Positions 43,069 to 51,883 of a DNA stretch of 64,000 nucleotides are shown in pieces; position 1 is the first letter of the stretch, and every line of letters begins with the position of its first letter. A program made the translations under genes and the position numbers. The notes beneath the pieces were generated by a model. It saw only the letters and a list, made by a program, of their open reading frames with translations, ran no database searches and had not been told where the DNA came from. Origin of the DNA: an uncultured Phycisphaerales bacterium (GTDB lineage: Bacteria > Planctomycetota > Phycisphaerae > Phycisphaerales > SM1A02). The stretch is from contig CALKEP010000027.1 of the NCBI GenBank assembly GCA_938084645.1, positions 1 through 64,000 on the forward strand. Reading direction: 5' to 3'.

Positions 43069-43860
43069 TCAGGCTGAGAATTCGTCGGCCCGCTCGCGCG
43101 GGATGGCGAGGGTGTTTCTCGAGCAGTGATCGAGGCGGACTCGCGACTCCCGGGGCACGTCGCCATCGAAGAGGTGGTAATCGGCGTCCCTGAGGATCGC
43201 GTAGGCCTCCGCGGACTGTTCGTCGCCGACCTCGATGTAGATGATCGGCCGTACGTCGGCGAGCAGGCGATTGGCGCCGCGAAGGGCAAGCACCTCGGCG
43301 CCTTCGATGTCTATCTTCACGACGTCGGGCCACGGTCCGTCGTCGAGCAGTGCATCGAGCGGGAGGGTCGGCACGGTTCGAGTCGATCTTGATCCGCCCG
43401 CCGTGGTTCTCTTGCTTGCGGATTCGATCCAGTTCGAAGCCCGGCCACGCTCCGCGACGTTGAACTTCACGGAACCGGCCTTGTCGGAGATCGCGGCGGC
43501 GAGAACTTCGACTCTGAATCCCGCCTCTCGATTCAGTCTCTCTGCACGATCGAGCAGGCCGGCGAGCCATCGATCCGCCTCCACGGCAAGCACGTGTCCA
43601 GTCGGGCCGGTCTTCGCGGCCGCAGCGAAGGTGAAGACGCCGACATTCGCGCCGATGTCCCACACCGTCGATCCTGAAGAGACGAACGTTCGAGCGAAGT
43701 TGAGAAGCTCCGCGTTGAAGGCCGAATCGCCGGGCTTGAGGTACTTGAGTGCCGCATCGGGAGAAACGACCACCCTGGCACCACGGAAATCGGAGGGGAG
43801 ATTCCGCGTGAACGAACGGCCCCGGCTCAATCGCTCCACGATGCGTCGCATGTTCGGCAT
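43069..43860 (-). CDS. FkbM family methyltransferase
   Basis: WDIGANVG, VEAD, PDVVKIDIEGAE. Confidence 0.9.
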   Translation of the reverse strand: MPNMRRIVERLSRGRSFTRNLPSDFRGARVVVSPDAALKYLKPGDSAFNAELLNFARTFVSSGSTVWDIGANVGVFTFAAAAKTGPTGHVLAVEADRWLAGLLDRAERLNREAGFRVEVLAAAISDKAGSVKFNVAERGRASNWIESASKRTTAGGSRSTRTVPTLPLDALLDDGPWPDVVKIDIEGAEVLALRGANRLLADVRPIIYIEVGDEQSAEAYAILRDADYHLFDGDVPRESRVRLDHCSRNTLAIPRERADEFSA

Positions 43861-44540
43861 GTATCTGTTCCCGGTCGGCGTCAGTCTGGAGTCTGGCTCG
43901 TCATACGACGGAGTCACCTCCGATCGGTGAATTCGGGCGAATCCGGGTAAGAAAATCTTGAAAAGACCCAGACGGACGGAGTCGTGCGGTGCCGCTCTCT
44001 CCCGCGCCCGTCTTGATACCGGCTCATTGCCCGGGTGGGGCACGGAACAGTCTCTTCCTCAGGCTGGGATGCGATGTCTGGCAGAGCGATTCTTGGTTCT
44101 TGAGAGCGTTCCTTGATCAGCCAGACCTCTTTGCCGTCAACAGATGAACAACGACCGTTCTATCGCCCATAAACCCGCTCGGTCATGTTCCGGTTTTCTC
44201 CGTCGTGACCGCGGTGGGATTCAACTTTCTTGTGGTGGGGACCTCCGGCGGGGCTTCAGGGGTTGGAGCCCTCCGGGCGAATCCCACCGCTGCTCCGCGA
44301 TGGGGAGCGTGAATACCGCTATTTCTTCTGAGTTTCCCACCTCGTGAACCAGCCCCTTGACGCAGCAATTCCAGCCGTTCATCCCGTTCCGCCTTCGCCC
44401 CGCGACCCACGGTGACACCCGTGCGGCGGGGAACCGGCCTCTTCCGATCCCGAAGGCGATCGGCGAGTGGTCCTTGCGACGACTCGGTTGTCCGGGCCCC
44501 GGGATGGAAGCCATTCGCCATGCGCCGTGCAAGGCACGAT

Positions 44541-45092
44541 ATGAACACCCCACCAATCGATCGATTTTCGTACGACGACGAGATTACCCGTAGATTCCTG
44601 CTCGCCACCGTCTTCTGCGGGGCCATCGGGATGCTGGTCCGTCTTCTGATCGCCCCGCAGCTCGTGAACCCAGTGTTCAACCTCGGTGTGGAGTAGGCGA
44701 ACTTCGGCCGTCTGCGGCCGCGCCACGCCAACGCGGTCATCTTCGTCTTCGCGGAGAACGCCGTCGTCATGGGTGTCTACTACTTGCTGCAGCGTCTGCT
44801 GAAGGCGAGGGCGTTCCGCGATATCCTTGGTCGGGTCCACTTCTGGGGATCGCAGGCGATCATCGTGGTCGCCGCGATCAGCCTTCTCCTCGGCATCACC
44901 TAGTCCCGTGGATACGCGGAACTGGAATGCCCATCGACATCGCGGTGGTCCTGTTCTGGGTGGTCTTCGCCATCAACGTGTTCGGGGCGATCGTGCGGCG
45001 ACGGGAACGTCACCTCTACGTCGCGATCTGGTTCTACAACGCGACCATCATCGCGGTCGCGATCCTGTACATCTGCAACAACCTCGTGATGA
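44541..45092 (+). pseudogene. ccoN: cbb3-type cytochrome c oxidase subunit I, N-terminal fragment
   Basis: YDDEITRRF...FGRLRP(R)HANAVIF...YYLLQR...HFWG...YAELE(W)PIDI...RRERHLYVAIWFY; TAG stops at 44694 and 44901; 1-nt deletion at ~44929; truncated after ~180 codons. Confidence 0.88.
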
Positions 45093-45293
45093 CGGCCGAC
45101 GTTCTACCCCGCCCGCGGGGGACTGCACGGTGTCGAGGATCCGCGTCAGCATCGCGGTATCGATCGGGTGTGACGCGTTCTTCGCGGTGATCGCCATCTC
45201 GGGGCTGATCGCTCCCATCCCGGCGGCGATCCCGATGCCGATCAGCAGGGCCAGCGTGGTGATGCCGTCACTGCGGAGATTGCCTGGTGAACA

Positions 45294-45394
45294 CGGGAGG
45301 AGTTCTTCCCGGTCGAGGCGGATCGTCACGGACGGTACGCCTGTGCGTTCATCGGCGCCGCGGTCATGGCACTGGTCGCGATCTGGATGTGACG
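45294..45394 (+). repeat. Direct repeat copy 2 (orphan ZIP 3' end)
   Basis: Encodes REEFFPVEADRHGRYACAFIGAAVMALVAIWM*. Confidence 0.92.
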
Positions 45395-45431
45395 TGGAGG
45401 GGACTTCGCCGGCGTCGCCATGCTCTGCTGC

Positions 45432-45929
45432 TCAGTTGCGCGGCCGCCCGGTGTCAGGGCGGAAGGGACGACGACGACCGGCCGGGGCCGGCTGTTCATC
45501 CTCCACCGGCCCCCGCGCGGTCGGACTCACGCCTTCGAATCGTTCCAGCGTGGTTTCATACAACAGCTGATCGACGGCGTTCTGCACCTCGACGAGCTCG
45601 GCGTGCAGCGGGCACGGGTCGCCCTGTCCGCAGACGCCGCCGCCGAACGGGCAGATGTGGGAGGCGTTCTCCGTTTCGAACAGCCGGTAGATGTCGTAGA
45701 TCCGGATCTCGCGGGGCGGCTTGGCGAGCGTGAACCCTCCACCCGGGCCGGGAACACCACCCACGATCCCCGCCTGGGAGAGCACGGTGAGAATCTTCGC
45801 GAGGAACGGACGCTGGAGATTCCGCGACTCGGCGATTTCGGTGACCGAGAGTCTCGTCGTCCCACCGTCGTAGACCTCGGCAAGTCGGGAGGCCGCGGCG
45901 ATCGCGGTCTCGGTCTGTCTTGTGTACAT
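45432..45929 (-). CDS. Rrf2 family transcriptional regulator (3-Cys, probable Fe-S)
   Basis: LAKILTVL...GPGGGFTLAKPP...CPFGGGVCGQGDPCPLH. Confidence 0.9.
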   Translation of the reverse strand: MYTRQTETAIAAASRLAEVYDGGTTRLSVTEIAESRNLQRPFLAKILTVLSQAGIVGGVPGPGGGFTLAKPPREIRIYDIYRLFETENASHICPFGGGVCGQGDPCPLHAELVEVQNAVDQLLYETTLERFEGVSPTARGPVEDEQPAPAGRRRPFRPDTGRPRN

Positions 45930-46187
45930 GCCCCGCTCCTGATCGGCGTCGATCGAACTGAATCGATCGGTGCGAGCCCGACGCCGATCGCGGAGTCTAC
46001 GCGAGTCAAAAGGCCCGGGAGGTGAAGTTTCCGAAGACGGGGTGATTCCCCCATCCGTCGGGCGTGCGCCCTCGCCGTCACCATCGCGGCGGGACCGTCG
46101 ATCGGGAGCGAGGCCCCGACCTCGGATGACTGCACCGGCGACCCTCGTTCATCGGTGCGGACATCGGCTTGTGCTAGCATCCGCCGC

Positions 46188-47321
46188 GTGACGGACTCGA
46201 ACGATCCACCACTGCGCATCTGTCTTCTCACGACTCAGAACCTCGATGCGGATCCCTTCCCCGAGGACGACTGGCCGTGCGATCCGCGTCCCTTCATGCC
46301 CGAGGCCGAATGGCACGTGGCCACCCTGAAGGGGAAGAAGGGGTCGGTCCGTCAGGTCGAGCGACTGATCAAGCAGGGATTCGATCTCTTCTTCAATCTC
46401 TGCGACGGCGCGGCGGATCAGAACATCCCCGGGATCGAGGTCATCGAGACGCTGGAGAAGCACGGCGTTCCGTTCGCGGGCGCGACGTCCGAGTGCTACG
46501 AGCCGACCCGGGTCGAGATGAAGGAGGCGTGCGCAGCGCTCGGCATCGCGACCCCGGCCTACGTCGTGGCATCGACCCCGGAAGACGTGGAGCGGGCCGC
46601 GGAGACGCTCCGGTTCCCGCTCTTCGTGAAGCATTACAGCAGTTATGCGAGCGTCGATCTCAGCCGTCGATCACGGGTTCGGACCCCCGCGGGGCTCCGG
46701 GTCCAGGCGAAGAAGATCATGTCCCGGCACGGTGCGGCCCTGATCGAGGAGTACATCGACGGGATCGAGTGCACGGTGCTGGTGGCGGAGAATCCCGATG
46801 ACCCCGCCCGGCCGATCACCTACACGCCCGCCCAGTACGAGTTCCCGAAGGGCGAGGAGTTCAAGCACGCCGACGTCAAGTGGGTGATCTACGAGGGGCT
46901 GAAGTCGTTTCCGGTGAAGGATCCGATGCTCGCGGCGAGGCTTCGCGACGAGTGCGCCCGATTCTTCGTCGCATTGAAGGCGGCGAGTTTCGGCCGATGC
47001 GATCTCCGCGTCGCGAAGGACGGCACGCCCTACATGCTGGAGATCAACGCGAACTGCGGGATCTACTATCCGCCCGCCGACTACGGGGCCGCCGACATCT
47101 GCCTCTCGCTCGATCCCGCCGGCCACGAAGGTTTCACCCGACAACTCGTCGCGGCGGCCTTCGCGAGACACGCGAGGAACGAGGCGGCTCGCGACGCGGT
47201 GTCGGGGCCGGCCGGAACGCCCGGCATCGAGCCCGCGGCCGCGGTCGAGCATTCCAACGACTCGGCGTGCGGGGATGCAGTGGAGTCGTCGACCGTGGTG
47301 GATCACGATTCGACGGACTGA
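46188..47321 (+). CDS. D-Ala-D-Ala ligase-like ATP-grasp protein
   Basis: FNLCDG, FPLFVK, LIEEYIDG.E, RCDLR, LEINANCG. Confidence 0.8.
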   Translation: MTDSNDPPLRICLLTTQNLDADPFPEDDWPCDPRPFMPEAEWHVATLKGKKGSVRQVERLIKQGFDLFFNLCDGAADQNIPGIEVIETLEKHGVPFAGATSECYEPTRVEMKEACAALGIATPAYVVASTPEDVERAAETLRFPLFVKHYSSYASVDLSRRSRVRTPAGLRVQAKKIMSRHGAALIEEYIDGIECTVLVAENPDDPARPITYTPAQYEFPKGEEFKHADVKWVIYEGLKSFPVKDPMLAARLRDECARFFVALKAASFGRCDLRVAKDGTPYMLEINANCGIYYPPADYGAADICLSLDPAGHEGFTRQLVAAAFARHARNEAARDAVSGPAGTPGIEPAAAVEHSNDSACGDAVESSTVVDHDSTD

Positions 47322-47365
47322 TCGAGGGCCGCGGCGGACCACGGTTCAGATACCATCCGATCGAC

Positions 47366-48022
47366 ATGCACGACTTCCAGCGACGATTCATCGATTTCAT
47401 GCTCGAGGCGGGCGTCCTCACCTTCGGCGACTTCACGACGAAGAGCGGGCGAAAGACGCCGTACTTCGTGAACACCGGCCTGTACCGGTCCGGCTCGCAG
47501 ATGGCGACCCTCGGGCGGGCCTACGCCGATGCGATCGACGCTTCGTTTCCTCAAGGTTTCGACGTCCTGTTCGGCCCGGCCTACAAGGGCATCCCGCTGG
47601 TGGTCGCGGTCGCCACCGCCTTCGCGGAACGCGGCCGCGACGTCGAGTTCTGCTTCAATCGTAAGGAAGCCAAGGATCACGGCGAGGGTGGCGTGATCGT
47701 CGGCCGGAAGCTGCGGGACGGTGATCGGGTCCTGATCGTCGAGGATGTGACCACCGCCGGCACCTCGATCCGGGAGACCGTGCCCGTGCTCCGGGCCGCG
47801 GCGGGCATTTCGCTCGCCGGGCTCATCGTCTCGGTCAATCGGATGGAGCGAGGCACCACCGATCGAACCGCCCTGGCGGAACTCGCCGACGAGTTCGCGA
47901 TGCCGACCCGGTCGATCGTCGACCTCGACGAGATCCTTGAACATCTCGGTGATCGGCTCGGATCGGACGATCGCATGCGGATCACGGCGTATCGCGAGCA
48001 GTACGGCGCGGCGACGTCCTGA
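47366..48022 (+). CDS. pyrE: Orotate phosphoribosyltransferase
   Basis: FGDFTTKSGRKTPYF, FGPAYKGIP, NRKEAKDHGEGG, VEDVTTAGTS. Confidence 0.95.
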   Translation: MHDFQRRFIDFMLEAGVLTFGDFTTKSGRKTPYFVNTGLYRSGSQMATLGRAYADAIDASFPQGFDVLFGPAYKGIPLVVAVATAFAERGRDVEFCFNRKEAKDHGEGGVIVGRKLRDGDRVLIVEDVTTAGTSIRETVPVLRAAAGISLAGLIVSVNRMERGTTDRTALAELADEFAMPTRSIVDLDEILEHLGDRLGSDDRMRITAYREQYGAATS

Positions 48023-48109
48023 AGTCAGGAGCGGTGTTCCCGGACGCTGGCCGGCGATGTCCGGTCCGGGCCCGCTGGTCGATGGCGGGCGATCTCGTAT
48101 CCTTGACTC

Positions 48110-49195
48110 ATGACCCCGATTCACCGCCTCATCGTGATCGCCTTCTTCGCCGTCGTGTCCTGCCTCGACGCGACGGGGGAGGATCTCCGACCGGACACCT
48201 CGATCGACATCACGCTCGAGTGGTCGCAGCAGCCGGACGGGTGGCGATACCCGATGGCCATCCACGTTCCGAACGGCGAGCCGCCGGCGACCGGGTTCCC
48301 GATCTGCATCCTGCTTCACGGAAACGGCGGCAACGGCGCCGGCATGCTGCCGGGATTCGTCGGCCTGCTTCCGTGCCACGCCCTCGTGGCGCCTTCGGGA
48401 TACGCCTCGAGTTGGAACATCTGCGGCGAGGGAAGCGACGCCCCGGACCTGGAGATGATCGCGGAGCTCGTCGAGCGGCTGCAGACCTTCGCCAACGTCG
48501 ATCCGAACCGGATCCGGATCCTCGGCGTGTCCAACGGATCCGCCCTCGCGAATCGCGTGCTCATCGAGAACGACAACCCGGGAATCGATCGGATCGCCGC
48601 CGTGGTGTCCCAGCTCGTCACGGCGCAGTTTCACGCGGGCGGTTTCCACCGTCCCGGTGGAACGACCCAGCCCGGCGCTCCATTCTGCGGCTATGACATC
48701 GAGACCGAGCCGATGCCGGGACGGCGATACCTCGGCATCTGCAACGAGAACGATCCGGTCATCCGGTACGACGGGGGGCCGGGCCCCGGAGGTCTCGTCT
48801 TTCTGGAGGCGCGGGACTCCGCCTTCCGGATCGCACGAAGCCAGGGGTACGACGGAGATCCGCTCACCGGCTCCGGCGAGCGCATCGGTCGCAGCAACGT
48901 GTTCGCCTACGAGTATCTCGACGGACGCGTCGTTCATCTGCGCGGCGATGCGGGCCACGGGATGAACCCGGTCCAGCGCGAGTACGTCCGCGACTTCTTC
49001 GATGGCTGCGCGGTGCCGCCGCCGTGTCCCGCCGATTTCAACGGAGATGGCCGGGTCAACGGCGCCGATCTCGGCCTGCTCGCCGCCGCGTGGCAGACCG
49101 CCGCGGGCGATCTCGACGGCGACGGAACGACCGGTGGCAGCGATGTCGGCCTGCTGCTCGCGGCCTGGGGCGAATGCCCGTCCGACCAGCCGTGA
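48110..49195 (+). CDS. Secreted alpha/beta-hydrolase (PHB depolymerase/LpqP-like esterase) with dockerin-like tail
   Basis: LLHGNGG, GVSNG, ENDPVI, GH; DFNGDGRVNGADLGLL tail. Confidence 0.8.
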   Translation: MTPIHRLIVIAFFAVVSCLDATGEDLRPDTSIDITLEWSQQPDGWRYPMAIHVPNGEPPATGFPICILLHGNGGNGAGMLPGFVGLLPCHALVAPSGYASSWNICGEGSDAPDLEMIAELVERLQTFANVDPNRIRILGVSNGSALANRVLIENDNPGIDRIAAVVSQLVTAQFHAGGFHRPGGTTQPGAPFCGYDIETEPMPGRRYLGICNENDPVIRYDGGPGPGGLVFLEARDSAFRIARSQGYDGDPLTGSGERIGRSNVFAYEYLDGRVVHLRGDAGHGMNPVQREYVRDFFDGCAVPPPCPADFNGDGRVNGADLGLLAAAWQTAAGDLDGDGTTGGSDVGLLLAAWGECPSDQP

Positions 49196-49198
49196 GGG

Positions 49199-51223
49199 TC
49201 AGGGCTGGATGTCGCGAAGGACCTTCATCTGCGTCTTTCGCGGGGCCTTCAAGAAGGACTCGAAGGCTCGATAGAACACGGCCTTGTCCTCGATGTCGAG
49301 GTAGCGAGCGAGTGCCGCCTCCCAGCCGAGTTCGGTGATCATCGGGTGGAACTCGTCGCGGTAGGCCGCCACGCTTCCGCTCGGTGACTGGTGGATCAGG
49401 AACGCGACCGCCCACGCGCCGGTGTCGTACGCAAGCTCCCGGTAGTGCTTCCGGACCTTCGCGGACGCGGTGTCGATGTCCTCCATGTCGGCGATGGTGA
49501 GGTCCGGATCTTCGACCGAGCGGGCCCGATCCATGAGGTGGTCCATCCGTCTCGCCATGAACTCGTGGTCACAGCGTCCGGCGGTGTACGGAACCCAGCC
49601 CTCGGAAAAGACCGCCCCGCCCTCCATCATCCAGGTCGGCATCGTCGCGAAGCCCTTCTGGAAGACGTGGGTGTATTCATGGATCCCGCGAAGCACCGGG
49701 TCCGGGATCTCATCTCCGTCGTGATCCCACTGGTGCACGTTGATGAAGACGAGTTCCGCCTCGGGCTGTTCGAAGTCCTCGACCCACGAGAGATAGGCTT
49801 CCGAATCACCGCGCTCCGCGACGTCGATGAATCGTTCCGTCGCATGCGATCGGCACTCGATGACGCTTCGTCCGGTGCTCCGGGTCCGCCACCGGCAGTA
49901 GTCCTCGATGAACGCGTCGCGCGGTGCCGCCGGGATCGTCTCGCCCGCTTCGGAACCGACCACGAAGACGTGCGCGGGTCCGTAACTCCCCCAGAACGAC
50001 CTCGCCAGCTCGACGCCGTCCCGGATCTGGGTCCGCCACTTCGCGTCGTACCCCTCGAGCACGTGATAGGTCGGTTCATCAGGCACGGGGATGAAGGTCC
50101 GGGTGTCCTTCTTCGGCGGCGGTTCGAGTGCGAGCATCGCCTCGCCCAGCGCTTCGCCGACCAGCAGATAGGTCTCGGCGTTGTGGTTGTAGTGGTGCCC
50201 CTGGCGGGTGGGGGAGACCGTGGGGTCGCGCCAATGGTCGCGGACTTCGACGGTCTTCACATTGCCCCGGTGTTCGGGGTGCCGTCCTGTTTCCCCGTCG
50301 ACCGCGAGCTGGGCCTCCGCCACGGTCCGGCCGGCACCCGCGAGTTTCCAGCCATCGAAGGCGATGGTCGCGAGCACGAAGGGTGCCTTCGGCGCATCGA
50401 ACTCTCGTCGCAGGGCGTCGATCAATCGCACCAGATTCGCTTCGTACCGACTCGCATGCGCCGGATTCTGGTCCTTGTGTCCCTGCCACCAGACGAAGCC
50501 CGCGATCTCCCAGGGATGATCGTCGGAGGCCGGCGTGTGGTCGGAGAGATGGTCGAGGACCTTTCGGATGTCGGTGACGAAGTCGTCGTACTGCTTGCCG
50601 GCGTACCAGTCGACGGGTTTCCCCGGATCGTCCTCGGTCCACGACGACGGATTGTCCTTGTAGCCCGCGTAGATTCGTCCGTCGTGCTGGAATCGCTCGC
50701 TTCCGGGAGGCAGGATGTCCCATCCGAGGCTTCGGTTTCCCTGCGATGCCTTGATGAGCAGGACCGGCTCGTGGTGACGATCACCGACCGCGATGCCGAA
50801 TCCGAGTTCGGGACCGATCAGATTGGGGCGGGCGCCGAATCCGGGCTCCAGCCAGCCGCGACGAGTCCCGGCAGTGACCTGGACGCACCAGACGTCGTCA
50901 CGCACTCGCCAATCGCCGGCGTCGTCGAGCAGGTCCGGCCGTTCGCCCTTCGTCTTGACGAGATGTTCGAGGGTGCCTTCGGTGTCCACCGGGCCGATTC
51001 GTCCGAACCCGACCATGTTCGACTGTCCCATCAGGATGTAGACCCGGATCGGGGGCGATGTCGGATCGTGATGCGGATCGCCGGCCTGCCCTGATGCGCC
51101 CATGGTCAGACCCGACCATGCGAGCGCGAAGGCCACGGCGAGGCTTCCGCGGTTCCAGGGACGTGGACGCGACGTGCGGGCGTCGCTCGGTCGTCGGTCG
51201 GGCTTGATGGCGGTGAAGTGCAT
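49199..51223 (-). CDS. Sialate O-acetylesterase-like (SASA/DUF303) SGNH domain fused to a HExxH domain
   Basis: GQSNM, GPELGFG, WWQGHKD, HHYNHNAETY; C-terminal HEYTH...WMMEG. Confidence 0.8.
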   Translation of the reverse strand: MHFTAIKPDRRPSDARTSRPRPWNRGSLAVAFALAWSGLTMGASGQAGDPHHDPTSPPIRVYILMGQSNMVGFGRIGPVDTEGTLEHLVKTKGERPDLLDDAGDWRVRDDVWCVQVTAGTRRGWLEPGFGARPNLIGPELGFGIAVGDRHHEPVLLIKASQGNRSLGWDILPPGSERFQHDGRIYAGYKDNPSSWTEDDPGKPVDWYAGKQYDDFVTDIRKVLDHLSDHTPASDDHPWEIAGFVWWQGHKDQNPAHASRYEANLVRLIDALRREFDAPKAPFVLATIAFDGWKLAGAGRTVAEAQLAVDGETGRHPEHRGNVKTVEVRDHWRDPTVSPTRQGHHYNHNAETYLLVGEALGEAMLALEPPPKKDTRTFIPVPDEPTYHVLEGYDAKWRTQIRDGVELARSFWGSYGPAHVFVVGSEAGETIPAAPRDAFIEDYCRWRTRSTGRSVIECRSHATERFIDVAERGDSEAYLSWVEDFEQPEAELVFINVHQWDHDGDEIPDPVLRGIHEYTHVFQKGFATMPTWMMEGGAVFSEGWVPYTAGRCDHEFMARRMDHLMDRARSVEDPDLTIADMEDIDTASAKVRKHYRELAYDTGAWAVAFLIHQSPSGSVAAYRDEFHPMITELGWEAALARYLDIEDKAVFYRAFESFLKAPRKTQMKVLRDIQP

Positions 51224-51318
51224 CGTGGGCTCCTCGGGGAAGGGCACCGTCGCGTTCGCAGACTCGTTCGCGCCGGCGTTCCGAGCGTAGCCGGATCCCA
51301 TCCGCCGCGCACACTCGA

Positions 51319-51561
51319 TCAGTCGCGATGCGAGCCGATCCTGGCGTAGTGATGGAGCTGCCAGAAGAACAGGAAGACGCCGACGGGGAACAGGATCGTC
51401 CACAGCGCGGTCCATCCGAGCAGTACCGGCCAGGAGTCGTCGGTTTCCTCGTACTGGTACCAGAAGCCGCCGATCGGCGCGACCAGGATGCAGGCACAGA
51501 AGACGACCTCCGTGCGATCAAGTCCCATCAGAAAGTCGATGACGGAATCGAGGTGGCTCAT
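51319..51561 (-). CDS. Small two-TM hypothetical protein
   Basis: AAGGA RBS; two hydrophobic helices. Confidence 0.5.
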   Translation of the reverse strand: MSHLDSVIDFLMGLDRTEVVFCACILVAPIGGFWYQYEETDDSWPVLLGWTALWTILFPVGVFLFFWQLHHYARIGSHRD

Positions 51562-51580
51562 GGAACGTGGTGTGGATCCT

Positions 51581-51832
51581 TCAAGGGGAGGTTGCTTCCC
51601 AGAAGTCGAAGGAGAGTGGATCGTGCCTCGTCCAGGAGAGTCGAGGGAGCCGGTTCTCGCACTGGTCCCAGGTCCGCTCGGGATGTTCCAGGCGTTCGAT
51701 GATCGATCGCACCGTGTCTCGACACTGCTGATCGTCGTCGTCGACATACGGACGAAGGGCTTCGATCACCGGGGGGCCGAATCTGAAGAGGGTCGCGGCC
51801 GCCAGCGTCCATGTCGCGATCTGTCCCTGCAT
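51581..51832 (-). CDS. Small hypothetical protein or gene remnant
   Basis: 83-aa ORF with helical HEAT-like character, collinear with its neighbours. Confidence 0.35.
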   Translation of the reverse strand: MQGQIATWTLAAATLFRFGPPVIEALRPYVDDDDQQCRDTVRSIIERLEHPERTWDQCENRLPRLSWTRHDPLSFDFWEATSP

Positions 51833-51883
51833 GACCGGCCCTCCGCCTCTTCGAACATCTTCGGCAGGCGATCGAGGGCTGGA

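Noticed and set aside
44221..44556. Minus-strand ORF with GLVHEVGNSEEIA, faintly like a glycosyltransferase C-terminus
   Set aside because: Similarity too short to support
44694..44903. In-frame TAG codons in ccoN as possible recoding (pyrrolysine or alternative genetic code)
   Set aside because: The accompanying frameshift, truncation and motif decay indicate a pseudogene; TAG terminates normal genes in this window (e.g. 5811)
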